Shown here in pieces: positions 37,401 to 44,861 of a DNA stretch of 50,390 nucleotides (its first letter is position 1; each line of letters begins with the position of its first letter). The DNA is from Desulfuromonadaceae bacterium UBA2294. Its GTDB lineage: Bacteria > Desulfobacterota > Desulfuromonadia > Desulfuromonadales > UBA2294. A program made the translations under genes and the position numbers. Below the pieces are notes generated by a model. That model was not told the origin of the DNA. It worked only from the letters and a program-made list of their open reading frames with translations, and made no database searches. Location: assembly GCA_002345625.1 (NCBI GenBank), contig DDWE01000026.1:581-50970 (forward strand), in the 5' to 3' direction.

Positions 37401-37610
37401 GGTGACGCCGTCATTAGCGACAGTGTTGACGACGATAGCGTGACTGAACGATGGGGGAAGGGAAAAAAGCAAAAACAGTAAAACAAGGGACTTCTGCGCA
37501 AGGCAATTAAAGCGAAAAAGGCCAGAAACCTTAAACAGCCGGGCTGTGAAAAGGCGCAAGATTGTCACATGAAGCGCGCTAAATTGTCGATGATACGGCA
37601 AAAAGTGCAT
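34434..37610 (-). CDS. Large secreted adhesin-like protein (gene A): choice-of-anchor-L-like head, GEVED domain and DUF11 repeats
   Basis: 1058-aa ORF. The head segment DPDMIALEGQTANGEYIAIEFDIVPSQSIMTIPFQFGSDEFPEYVCTAFNDVTGIFV matches the choice-of-anchor L pattern. The segment FDFGDAPESY...WIDFNGNGSFE...NGEVEDYTL is a GEVED domain. DUF11 modules include ILRYIITLKETGGIAASNVQVTDDIPG and PGENFTYWIQVDHSGSAPATNIYIDDYL. The true start may be the in-frame GTG or TTG codons 42 to 51 nt downstream of ATG 37610, ahead of the signal-like segment KSLVLLFLLFSLPPSFSHA. Confidence 0.85.
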   Translation of the reverse strand: MHFLPYHRQFSALHVTILRLFTARLFKVSGLFRFNCLAQKSLVLLFLLFSLPPSFSHAIVVNTVANDGVTTAQITAALQGAGVTISNLVITNNGCANRTQAVGLFSQGTTPTGPGPVLGDASGVVLGTGPLKPTDPLVSPNNQSGWTNALCGNVTDPDMIALEGQTANGEYIAIEFDIVPSQSIMTIPFQFGSDEFPEYVCTAFNDVTGIFVSGPGINGPYSNNAENFAKTPGGDLTSINWVNTGLVGQYGNIGNCGSLTNTAYYTDNSNGNTAGGNNTVATTNSNLELDGWTNYIYQPISVVPGATYHVKAAIADAGDRNWDSAVFFHLIFSSGTLPGFDFGDAPESYRTLTSSGGPRHGISNQIFLGTNLPDDEVTGQPTTSADGDDLTGSDDEDGIASFPALATSSTTYSVDVTVNNTTGSLAHLVGWIDFNGNGSFETAEGVSVNVATGTTNGTATLNWSGLSGLAGGTTYARFRLTTDPFVTTATPGGSATNGEVEDYTLTIMQPDLSTSTKTVVDENGGDVEFDDILRYIITLKETGGIAASNVQVTDDIPGNITAFTVTGTGGGINNSTYSGTGANGTGFLDIGGITVPAKNTVTITYTVKVSGANGSPIANSATVINPGGPGASLTAPTLIIAGASLPGSGLKQLYVQAPTTGNGLTGDLSRTPSSNTINYYRMTSGTTATMTLSPALQTILNLNADYALALQMRVQSNRNRTVSLDLTLRYRLGATTVDLDTQTVSQTLTNGAPQTYPFSFTMPATSIPQGAVIELVVANTSNREVWLHPFNATITPNDTSRIELNSATVINVESFALFDALGAPLAQPVAPGTEVHIRSTVSDPFGSYDISAARLTLTDALGVVQVNDLPMSLYADSGAATKTFEYIYTLPADAASGNWTIRTDADEGTEGAISDYGLSSFAVASPTPPLSIIKWSTSGSAKPGENFTYWIQVDHSGSAPATNIYIDDYLSPYLYLATDTYAPGVHINFVEGAPASGLALGTPLFSQTGDTTFGYTPASGNGGAPAGTDGNVTNWRQPLTGSMAPGSRFYLQFQVQVR

Positions 37611-37725
37611 GGTTCCTCGTCGGAATCACCTGGTTTTTGCCGATACAGGGTATCGATTTTGCTCAGAGGAGTTTGGGAGATGACTCTACCGAGAAAAAAT
37701 ACCCCCGTTCTTCGGCGACCAGGCT

Positions 37726-37751
37726 GTCCGAAATCATTAATGATTCCGGAC
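37726..37751. promoter_or_regulatory. Near-perfect 26-nt palindrome, candidate operator upstream of gene A
   Basis: The sequence is GTCCGAAATCATTAATGATTCCGGAC. It has 12+12 symmetric positions with one mismatched pair, and is centred about 128 nt upstream of ATG 37610. Confidence 0.45.
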
Positions 37752-37930
37752 CCTTGGCTCTGCGTCCCCGGGTTGCCCCGGGTTTGCTCTTGTCGGAAGG
37801 AGGCCCGTTTTCCTGGTGAGCCGTCCTGGAAATTTATTCAACTGCTGAATATTGAAGCGTTTTTAGCTTTTCGCAAATATTACTGTGTTGGTAATATAAA
37901 GCAAGAAATGTGCCGTTAAAGAGGTTTGGG

Positions 37931-38932
37931 TCAGGAATGCAGCGTGCGTAGCAGGGCGGCAAGGGTGGCGGCTTCGGTTTTAGGGGATAAGTCGGGGCGG
38001 GGGGCGGTGGCCAGACGTTGTCTCTGCTCCGGGTCGTTGATCAGTCCTTCTGCCTGACGCAAAAACTCACTGGAATCGCTGTAGAGCAGCCCGTTGCCGC
38101 CGGCATCGATGATGGCGGCATTGCCCGGAATATCGTGAGCGAGAATCGCTCGGCCGACGGCGAGGGCTTCGAGCAGGGCGCCGGGGAGCCCTTCGCTTCG
38201 CGAATGATTGAGCACGACATCGGCAGCGGCGAGGGCGGCCGGCATTGCTCCTGACGGGATCACGCCGAGCCAGGACGCCCAAGGGCGTTGAGTGACGGCA
38301 GCCAGGAATGCGGCGCCATAAACGGGGTCGAGGACCGGACCGCAAAAAGCGAGGCGAAACTCTTTGTGTCGGGCGGCAAGAGGGTCGCAGAGCCAGAGCA
38401 GGTCAAAATTGGCCTTAATCGGCCGAATTCCGGCCGGGTGCAGGAACAGAATGGCATCGGCAGGAATCTGGTGCTGCTCTCGCAACAGGTACGGGGTGGT
38501 GCCGAGTTGCACCGCAGGGGGGAGGTGATGGACCTTGTTGCCCCAGGTCGCGATCAGATTAGCGGCAGTGAGGTGGTTCTGGGTCAGCAGCAGGTCGGCG
38601 GATTCAAGCACGGCGCGGATGACTGGCCCCTGTTCGGAATCGTCGAGGCCGCCATGGATGTCGGTGCCGGTTAACAGAACTGCCGCCGGTAGCGGCAACT
38701 CATCGCGGCTGCGCAGCCAGGCACGTCCGGTACGCCAGGCATGCAGCAGCAATACGGCGTCGGGGCATAACGTCTTGCAGGCTTGCCGGTATGCGGGCAG
38801 GGGGTCGACGTCCGGCAGCAACGCCAGCTCCGAGAAAAGACCAAACTCGGCAAGCCCGGCCTGCAGGCGCCGGGCGGTGACGAGATTGCCGGTTGCTTCC
38901 GATTGGTCAGGGACGGTAATCAGCAGGCGCAT
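37931..38932 (-). CDS. GT-B fold glycosyltransferase (GT4-like)
   Basis: 333 aa. The C-terminal half carries the E-x7-E motif region HSRSEGLPGALLEALAVGRAILAHDIPGN. Confidence 0.75.
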   Translation of the reverse strand: MRLLITVPDQSEATGNLVTARRLQAGLAEFGLFSELALLPDVDPLPAYRQACKTLCPDAVLLLHAWRTGRAWLRSRDELPLPAAVLLTGTDIHGGLDDSEQGPVIRAVLESADLLLTQNHLTAANLIATWGNKVHHLPPAVQLGTTPYLLREQHQIPADAILFLHPAGIRPIKANFDLLWLCDPLAARHKEFRLAFCGPVLDPVYGAAFLAAVTQRPWASWLGVIPSGAMPAALAAADVVLNHSRSEGLPGALLEALAVGRAILAHDIPGNAAIIDAGGNGLLYSDSSEFLRQAEGLINDPEQRQRLATAPRPDLSPKTEAATLAALLRTLHS

Positions 38933-39756
38933 TGTAAATCACCAAAAGAGATCAGCTCGATGCCGCGTGCGCGAACTAGCGCTGCCACCGTCGGAGCGGA
39001 CAGCGCGGCGAGCTCGGTTTCGCGCGCCAAAGTGGCAAAGGGATGGGTCAGGTCACGATAGCCGGGATGGACCATCAACTCCCAGTCGCCAGGCTGGAGC
39101 TGTGTGAGCAGGGCCAGCAGTTGCGTTTCGTTGAGTTGATTAAGCAGCGACATGCCGTACAGACCCTGCGGAGTTATGATGTCAGCTTTGTGCAGCGTTT
39201 TGGTCAAAGATGGTGCCCGTTGCCGATAAAGAGCCAGTTCGCCACTGAGTTCCAGCGGGGCGTCATCGTTTTGATCCAACGGTAGTGGCAGTCGTGCCCG
39301 TCTGATGCCGCAGGTCTGGGCCGCTGTGCAGAAGGCCTCCGCAACCGGTGTAAACAACGCACAATGCTGATGGGTGTCAAGATGGTCAGGGGTGACTCCG
39401 ACTGTGCAGGCCCGGTCGATCTGGGCCAGAAACTCACGGGTCAAAGTTGATGTTTCGATGTGGCCTGTTTCGAAACTACGCCGGGCAGCGGTTTTGCCAA
39501 GAAAGCGTCCGGAATCGTCGGTCAGTCCGGGGATCGGGCCGCTCAGTGCAGTTCCTTCAGACAGGTTGAGGTGAATACCAAGGGGTAGCCCCTCGGCGGC
39601 GGCGTGCTGTGCCGCTTCACGCCAGGTCGGTCCGGTGGTCAGCAGTGAGGCACTGGTGACAACGCCACGTGCAAACGCGGCAAAGATGCCTCGATCGGTG
39701 GCGGCTCCGTTGCCGAGGTCGTCGGCATTGACAATCAGACGGGCTGGCGGCATCAC
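38920..39756 (-). CDS. ChbG/HpnK (YdjC) family carbohydrate deacetylase
   Basis: 278 aa. Contains LIVNADDLGNGAATDRGIFAAFARGVVTSASLL, the YdjC-family N-terminal signature. Its end overlaps the glycosyltransferase start by 13 nt. Confidence 0.8.
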   Translation of the reverse strand: MMPPARLIVNADDLGNGAATDRGIFAAFARGVVTSASLLTTGPTWREAAQHAAAEGLPLGIHLNLSEGTALSGPIPGLTDDSGRFLGKTAARRSFETGHIETSTLTREFLAQIDRACTVGVTPDHLDTHQHCALFTPVAEAFCTAAQTCGIRRARLPLPLDQNDDAPLELSGELALYRQRAPSLTKTLHKADIITPQGLYGMSLLNQLNETQLLALLTQLQPGDWELMVHPGYRDLTHPFATLARETELAALSAPTVAALVRARGIELISFGDLQCAC

Positions 39757-39842
39757 AAGTCCTGTGTTAAGTGTTGCTAAAAGGTACGTTGCCTGATGAT
39801 TCGCAGCAAGTAAAAACTGGAGGATAAAGAGTGCTGAATAGC

Positions 39843-39872
39843 AAAGCCCCGCCGGAGAACCGGCGGGGCTTT
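39843..39872 (-). terminator. Rho-independent terminator after the CoA-transferase gene
   Basis: A perfect 13-bp stem (AAAGCCCCGCCGG, loop AGAA, CCGGCGGGGCTTT) lies 25 nt downstream of the stop at 39898. Confidence 0.75.
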
Positions 39873-39897
39873 GGTGTTGCGGTTTAACCGGGCGCGA

Positions 39898-41493
39898 TTA
39901 CTCGCAGAGGTCGACTTTGACGTCCCAGTTTTTCAGCTTCATGGTGCCGTTACGCTCCAGATTGAGGTGCATCTTGAAGGCGCGGTCCCACAGCTGCGGC
40001 TCGTGACCGACGCCACGGGCGAGGCAATCCTTGCTGGCAATGGCCAGGTACTCGTTGAGCTGATCCTTGTACTCCGGATGCGCGCACTTCTCAATGATCA
40101 GCTTGGCGCGATCCTTCGGCGCCATGCCGCGGCAGTCGGCCAGGCCCTGCTCGGTGACGACGCAGTCGAGGTCGTGCTCGGTGTGGTCGATGTGGGAGCA
40201 GTGCGGCACCACGCAGGAGATGCCGTTGGGGTCGGTCTTGGACGGCCGGCTCGACGGGGTGTGCATGATTTTCAGGAAACCGTTGCGCAAGAAGTCACCC
40301 GAACCGCCGAGGCCGTTGATCATGCGGGTGCCGCCGACCAGGGTCGAGTTGGCGTGCGCGTAGATGTCGATTTCAACCGGGGTGTTCATGGCGATACACC
40401 CCAAACGGCGGATCGGCTCCGGTGCGTTGGAGATCGACAGGGGGCGCAGGGTGATCTTGTCGAAGTACTTCTCCCAGTTGTCAAAGAAACGCGGGAAGCC
40501 CGGATTCTCGGAGAGGGAGAGGGAGCAGGAGGAGGCGCTGTCGAGACGACCGGAGTCGAACAGGTCGAGCATGGTGTCCTGCAGAACCTCGGTGTAGACC
40601 GACAGGTTGTAGAACGGGCCCTTGGCCAGACCGCCGACGACGGCGTTGGCGATGGAACCGACGCCCGACTGCAGCGGCAGCAGGTTCTTCGGCAGACGAC
40701 CGGCCTTCACCTCATGGGAGAAGAAGTCGATGATGTTGGCGGCGATGGCTTCCGAGGTGGCGTCCATGTCGGTGAAGGCACGGCCTTTATCGCGCAGCTT
40801 GCTCTCGACGACGGCGATGATCTTGCTTGGATCGCAGGGGATCGAGGTGGAGCCGATGCGCTCGCCGGCTTTGGTGATACCGAGGATCTGGCGATTCGGC
40901 GGCGTGTGGCAGGAGACCATGTCATGGATACCTTCGAAGGAAGGCTGTCCGGTGTTGACTTCGATGATGACCTTATCGCAGACCATAAGGATTTCCGGGA
41001 TGACACCGCAGGAGCTGGTCGGAACCAGGCCGCCGTCTTCGGTGATCGCCGAAACTTCGATGATGGCGAGGTCAAGCTTGCCGGTCGGGGAGTCTTTGGT
41101 GTAGAAGCCGTAGCCGAGATCCTGAGCGAAGAGGGAGAGATGCTTGTCGCCCATACGGATGCGGCCGGCATTGATCCCGGCAGCGATATCCTTGCCGGTC
41201 TGGTAAGGCCAGCGACGGTCGATCATGTCATTGATCGCCCAGCGGTTTTCGGTTTCAGCTCCGACGGAAGCGCCGATAAAGAGGTTGAATTTGAGCTTGC
41301 CCTGCAGGTTATTCTTTTCAACATGCTCAGCCAGAGCGATAGGGACAACCTTAGGATAACCGGCCGGGGTGAAACCGGACCAGCCAAGGTTCATACCATC
41401 TTTAAACATCGGGATGGTCTGCTCGGCTGTCATGACTTTACTCATCAATGATTTACAACGTACGCGGTCTTGCAGTGTGCCATACTCGGACAT
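39898..41493 (-). CDS. Acetyl-CoA hydrolase/transferase family enzyme, succinyl-CoA:acetate CoA-transferase type
   Basis: 531 aa. The N-terminus ([39 protein letters not shown]) aligns by eye with AarC/Ach1-type CoA-transferases. Geobacter species carry enzymes of this type and size. Confidence 0.85.
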   Translation of the reverse strand: MSEYGTLQDRVRCKSLMSKVMTAEQTIPMFKDGMNLGWSGFTPAGYPKVVPIALAEHVEKNNLQGKLKFNLFIGASVGAETENRWAINDMIDRRWPYQTGKDIAAGINAGRIRMGDKHLSLFAQDLGYGFYTKDSPTGKLDLAIIEVSAITEDGGLVPTSSCGVIPEILMVCDKVIIEVNTGQPSFEGIHDMVSCHTPPNRQILGITKAGERIGSTSIPCDPSKIIAVVESKLRDKGRAFTDMDATSEAIAANIIDFFSHEVKAGRLPKNLLPLQSGVGSIANAVVGGLAKGPFYNLSVYTEVLQDTMLDLFDSGRLDSASSCSLSLSENPGFPRFFDNWEKYFDKITLRPLSISNAPEPIRRLGCIAMNTPVEIDIYAHANSTLVGGTRMINGLGGSGDFLRNGFLKIMHTPSSRPSKTDPNGISCVVPHCSHIDHTEHDLDCVVTEQGLADCRGMAPKDRAKLIIEKCAHPEYKDQLNEYLAIASKDCLARGVGHEPQLWDRAFKMHLNLERNGTMKLKNWDVKVDLCE

Positions 41494-41710
41494 AATCTTC
41501 TCTCCTTCATTGGAATAGGGGTCGCGTCAACATCTGTGCGCGCCGTTAATGCCAGTTTGACTACCAAAAGCGAGTGCGTATGCGCTCACCGCTTACAAAA
41601 AAAACATGCAAAAATTTTGATCCGTGAAACTAGATTTTATCCGTGAATTCAAGGTCTTCTTTATTGTAAAATTGCGTTACATTTTATATAGAAGCGGCTT
41701 GTGCAAGTCA

Positions 41711-41741
41711 AGGGAAAAGGCGGCAGTTACGGTCTGCCCGC
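41711..41741 (-). terminator. Terminator hairpin directly after bamD
   Basis: On the minus strand the sequence reads GCGGGCAG-ACCGTAA-CTGCCGCC followed by TTTTCCCTT. It abuts the stop at 41742. Confidence 0.55.
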
Positions 41742-42479
41742 TTAAAACTTCTGCTCGACAAGTTTCTGTGCCTTCTTTGTGTATTTGCTCTGCGGATACT
41801 CTTTGTAAAGACGGTTGAACTGCTCTGCTGCCAACTCCCTTTTATTATTATCAAGGTAGGCACTGCCAAGGATGAAGTACAGCTCATCTCTGCGGCTAAA
41901 GTCAGGATAAGTTGTGATCAATGGCTCCAGTCGAGCGATGGCCGCTGCGCTGACCCCCCTTTTTTGATAAAAAGAGCCGATATGAAGTTCGTGTCCTGCC
42001 AGAGTGTCTTCTTCCTCGGCAATGAATTTTTCGATGTCTGGGCGTCTCTCGTCGGTCGGGTAACGGGACAGCAGGGTTTTAAAAGCTGAGAGGGCATTGC
42101 GCGTCGTTGTTTGATCCCGTGCCGGCGCCAGCATCTCCCGGTGATAAGAGACGCCGAGATTGTAAAGGACGTTGGCGGTATTCGGGTCATTAGGATGAGC
42201 TTTGAGGTAGGCTTCATAAGCAACGGCTGCTTCGATATAACGTTCAGCCAGAAAATTGGCCTCGGCAATTTTAAGTTCGGCAAGGGCATTCATCTCCGGC
42301 GAGACAAAGCGTTCACGGACCTTTTCCCAGGCGGCAATCGCATCGTCATAACGGTTCTCGGAAAAAAAGGTTTCTCCTTCGCTCATGAGAATTTCTGCAG
42401 ATCGAGGCGGGGGGACGATACTGCTGCTGCAGGCAGTCATGAAAAAAAGGCAGAGGCTTGCTAAAAACAGAAAGCGCAT
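41742..42479 (-). CDS. bamD: Outer membrane protein assembly factor BamD (TPR lipoprotein)
   Basis: Start taken at ATG 42479 (MRFLFLASLCLFFMTACSS, with a lipobox); the ORF track opens at 42539. The TPR-like body contains GETFFSENRYDDAIAAWEKV. Confidence 0.8.
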   Translation of the reverse strand: MRFLFLASLCLFFMTACSSSIVPPPRSAEILMSEGETFFSENRYDDAIAAWEKVRERFVSPEMNALAELKIAEANFLAERYIEAAVAYEAYLKAHPNDPNTANVLYNLGVSYHREMLAPARDQTTTRNALSAFKTLLSRYPTDERRPDIEKFIAEEEDTLAGHELHIGSFYQKRGVSAAAIARLEPLITTYPDFSRRDELYFILGSAYLDNNKRELAAEQFNRLYKEYPQSKYTKKAQKLVEQKF

Positions 42480-42529
42480 GGAGGTTATCTTCCTTAAGAG
42501 GTTTTCTTTCCTGGCGACTGGTCGGAATC

Positions 42530-42964
42530 TTAACGGCAATTTCCCTGCCGCTTGCCGGTCAAGGTGTAGGTGCGCATCTCCGTCTCTTTTCCCGTGGCGG
42601 AGGTCATGGTCTGCACGGCCCCTTCGACTTTGTTGCTGTCATAAGTGGCATTGCCGACACTGCGGGTGACAAACTCTTTTTCACGACACTCGGCGACCCA
42701 GAAGACGGTATTTCCTTCGATCTCTTTAGTGAGGAGGCGGCACCCCTCTTTTTTTGCGGGGATGGGGACCGGCTCAGTTTGACTGAGGCAGAGCATCTGG
42801 ACGATTGGCAGAAAATCGGAAGTCGGCGGGTTGATCTGTAAGGTAATATTCCACGCCCCTTCTTTGAGCGGAATCTCATTTTTGGCAGCAAAACAGCTGC
42901 TTAAAGGGAGAAAGAGCGACCAGAAGATGGAAAGTGTTATTAAGGACAGGCGGCGCACCCGCAT
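42530..42964 (-). CDS. DUF3617-like lipoprotein
   Basis: Start taken at ATG 42964 (MRVRRLSLITLSIFWSLFLPLSSC, with a lipobox). The pattern GAWNITLQ...C...C...C...TLTGKRQGNC matches my recollection of DUF3617. Confidence 0.65.
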   Translation of the reverse strand: MRVRRLSLITLSIFWSLFLPLSSCFAAKNEIPLKEGAWNITLQINPPTSDFLPIVQMLCLSQTEPVPIPAKKEGCRLLTKEIEGNTVFWVAECREKEFVTRSVGNATYDSNKVEGAVQTMTSATGKETEMRTYTLTGKRQGNCR

Positions 42965-43001
42965 GAATTTTCTCGTTTGTGCTAGCAGGATTTTTGGCAA
43001 C

Positions 43002-43565
43002 TTAGTTCTCCAGAAGGTGTTGTAACAATATTTTGGTGCCTATCGCGCATAAAATCAGCCCCCCGAGGATTTCCACCCGCTTCCCCCAGATCGTCCCGCA
43101 ACGGCGCCCGAGAAGTAGGCCGGCAACAGTAAGGATTGCGGCGACCAGACCGATGATCAAGGCAGGAGTCCAGATGGAAATGTTCAGCATCCCCAGGCTT
43201 AAACCGACGGCGAGGGCATCGATACTGGTAGCAACGGAGAGCACGATAAGCGTCATCCCCCGCGTCGGGTCTTTTCCGTCTTTCGTTTCATTGTCTTGAA
43301 AGGCTTCGTAAAGCATCTTCCCGCCGACAAAAGTGAGGAGGGCAAAGGCGATCCAGTGATCGTACGCATGGATCCATCTCTGGATGGTCATGCCGGCAAG
43401 CCAACCGAGAATCGGCATGAGTGCCTGAAAAAGACCAAAGTGGAAGCCGAGGCGAAAGAGGTGTCGGCCGGTGAGGGAGGAGAGGTTTATTCCCACCCCG
43501 AGAGCCACAGCAAAAGCATCCATGGCAAGGGCTATGGCAAGCCCGAAGATAGTCAGCCAGTCCAT
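43002..43565 (-). CDS. mntP: Manganese efflux pump MntP
   Basis: 187 aa. Begins MDWLTIFGLAIALAMDAFAVALGVG and has the second-half repeat VATSIDALAVGLSLG. Confidence 0.9.
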   Translation of the reverse strand: MDWLTIFGLAIALAMDAFAVALGVGINLSSLTGRHLFRLGFHFGLFQALMPILGWLAGMTIQRWIHAYDHWIAFALLTFVGGKMLYEAFQDNETKDGKDPTRGMTLIVLSVATSIDALAVGLSLGMLNISIWTPALIIGLVAAILTVAGLLLGRRCGTIWGKRVEILGGLILCAIGTKILLQHLLEN

Positions 43566-43766
43566 GCTGTTGAAATGTCATCCTGACGCGAAGGGTCTCT
43601 GAACCTGAAGGCTGCGATATTACCGACCTCTGAGTTGTGACACAAGCATAAAAAATTCAAGAGCTCATTGCTCCTGTTAAAATTTTCAAGCGATTTCAGC
43701 GTGCTTTGTGGTAAAAAGAGACCCGAGAATAAGGGAGGTCGTGTGTCCGGCATCAAGGAAAAAATA

Positions 43767-44813
43767 ATGAATGCGGAGAAGAGTATCCGGAGCCAGTCGG
43801 GGATTGACCCCCTCTATTTCTACATATCCTCTTGGGTAATAGCTGCTGTTGTCCTCATTCTCGTGCTCAAGTTGCACCTGCTTCCGGCACTCTTTGCCGG
43901 CCTGGCCGTTTATGAACTGGTCCATCTCATCTCCCCCAAATTTCATGGGTACGCTTCAACGAAGAATCGGGCGAGACTCGGGGTTCTTGCTTTAATCGCG
44001 TCTGCGATTGTCGCTACACTAGGTATTTTCGCTCTTTGGTCGGTCTCTTTATTTCGCTTTGGTGCCGGTAGTCTGCCGCGAATGGCGCAGATGATGGCAG
44101 AAATTATCGAAGGTTCCAAGGACATCCTTCCCGCGGGATTGCTGCAGTATCTCCCGGCCAATGTCAACGCAATTAATGTCGCGGCAGCTGATCTGTTACG
44201 CACGCACGCAGAAACATTACAATCTGCCGGAGAAATTTTCGTGCGTTCCCTCGCCTATATCCTTATCGGCATGGTGGTCGGTGCCTTACTTTCATTGCGA
44301 GAGGTGACATCCGGGCGCAAACGTTTGCGCCGGCCTTTGGCCACAGCGCTGGCAGAAAGGGCGAGGCGTTTCACCCGCGCTTTTCGACGCGTCGTTTTTG
44401 CCCAGGTAAGGATTGCGGCTTTAAATACTTTTTTAACCTGGCTTTATCTGGGGGTTGCTCTCCCTTTGTTGGGAATTTCGATTCCCTACGTCAAAACGAT
44501 GGTGGCATTAACATTTATCGTCGGACTTTTACCGGTGATCGGCAATATTATCTCGAATACGGTGATTGTCATTATCAGTTTGAGTGTTTCTTTCCAGGTC
44601 GCCGGTTCTTCACTCCTTTTTCTCATTATTATCCATAAACTGGAGTACTTCATTAATGCCCGGATTATCGGTGCCCGCATTGATGCCCGTGCCTGGGAAT
44701 TGCTCCTGGCCATGCTGGTTATGGAGGCAGCTTTCGGTCTTAGTGGCCTGGTTGCTGCCCCGGTCTATTATGCCTATTTAAAAGATGAACTTGAAGCGCA
44801 GCACCTTGTCTAA
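43767..44813 (+). CDS. AI-2E (PerM/YhhT) family transporter
   Basis: Start taken at ATG 43767, which follows an AAGGAA SD; the ORF track opens at 43668. It is a polytopic protein, and the motif FIVGLLPVIGNIISNTVIV is typical of the family. Confidence 0.75.
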   Translation: MNAEKSIRSQSGIDPLYFYISSWVIAAVVLILVLKLHLLPALFAGLAVYELVHLISPKFHGYASTKNRARLGVLALIASAIVATLGIFALWSVSLFRFGAGSLPRMAQMMAEIIEGSKDILPAGLLQYLPANVNAINVAAADLLRTHAETLQSAGEIFVRSLAYILIGMVVGALLSLREVTSGRKRLRRPLATALAERARRFTRAFRRVVFAQVRIAALNTFLTWLYLGVALPLLGISIPYVKTMVALTFIVGLLPVIGNIISNTVIVIISLSVSFQVAGSSLLFLIIIHKLEYFINARIIGARIDARAWELLLAMLVMEAAFGLSGLVAAPVYYAYLKDELEAQHLV

Positions 44814-44861
44814 GTTTGAATAATCGTAGCAGTTGTCACAATAATTGGAAGATGGCAAGTT

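Noticed and set aside
37569-37919. A 116-aa plus-strand ORF in the leader region upstream of gene A, considered as a possible divergent regulator.
   Set aside because: It starts inside the 5' end of gene A and has no SD sequence. The translation is Cys/Arg/Pro-rich with no helix-turn-helix or other motif. It is most likely non-coding leader or promoter DNA.
15478-39800. A tRNA-Val-flanked genomic island containing the envelope loci.
   Set aside because: I saw no integrase, recombinase, transposase or phage gene. I saw no obvious direct repeat of the tRNA 3' end further along. Adjacency to a tRNA alone is not evidence.
39871-41451. A 526-aa plus-strand ORF antisense to the CoA-transferase gene. 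Similar long antisense ORFs occur at 27502-28695, 28816-29691, 30028-30954, 31267-32130, 13934-14965, 2136-2945, 6054-6791, 8327-9040 and 21409-22155.
   Set aside because: These are shadow ORFs of GC-rich coding regions. The translations are low-complexity (Gly/Arg/Ala/Asp/Val-rich) with no recognisable motif. The opposite strand in each case encodes a clearly identifiable protein across the full length.
43566-43766. A possible yybP-ykoY manganese riboswitch in the leader of mntP.
   Set aside because: mntP is often controlled by this riboswitch, so I read the minus-strand leader. It lacks the conserved GGGGAGUAG and UUGACA elements. The only weak look-alikes (CAGAGACCC, GAUGACA) are in the wrong order. 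A covariance-model scan (Rfam RF00080) would settle it.
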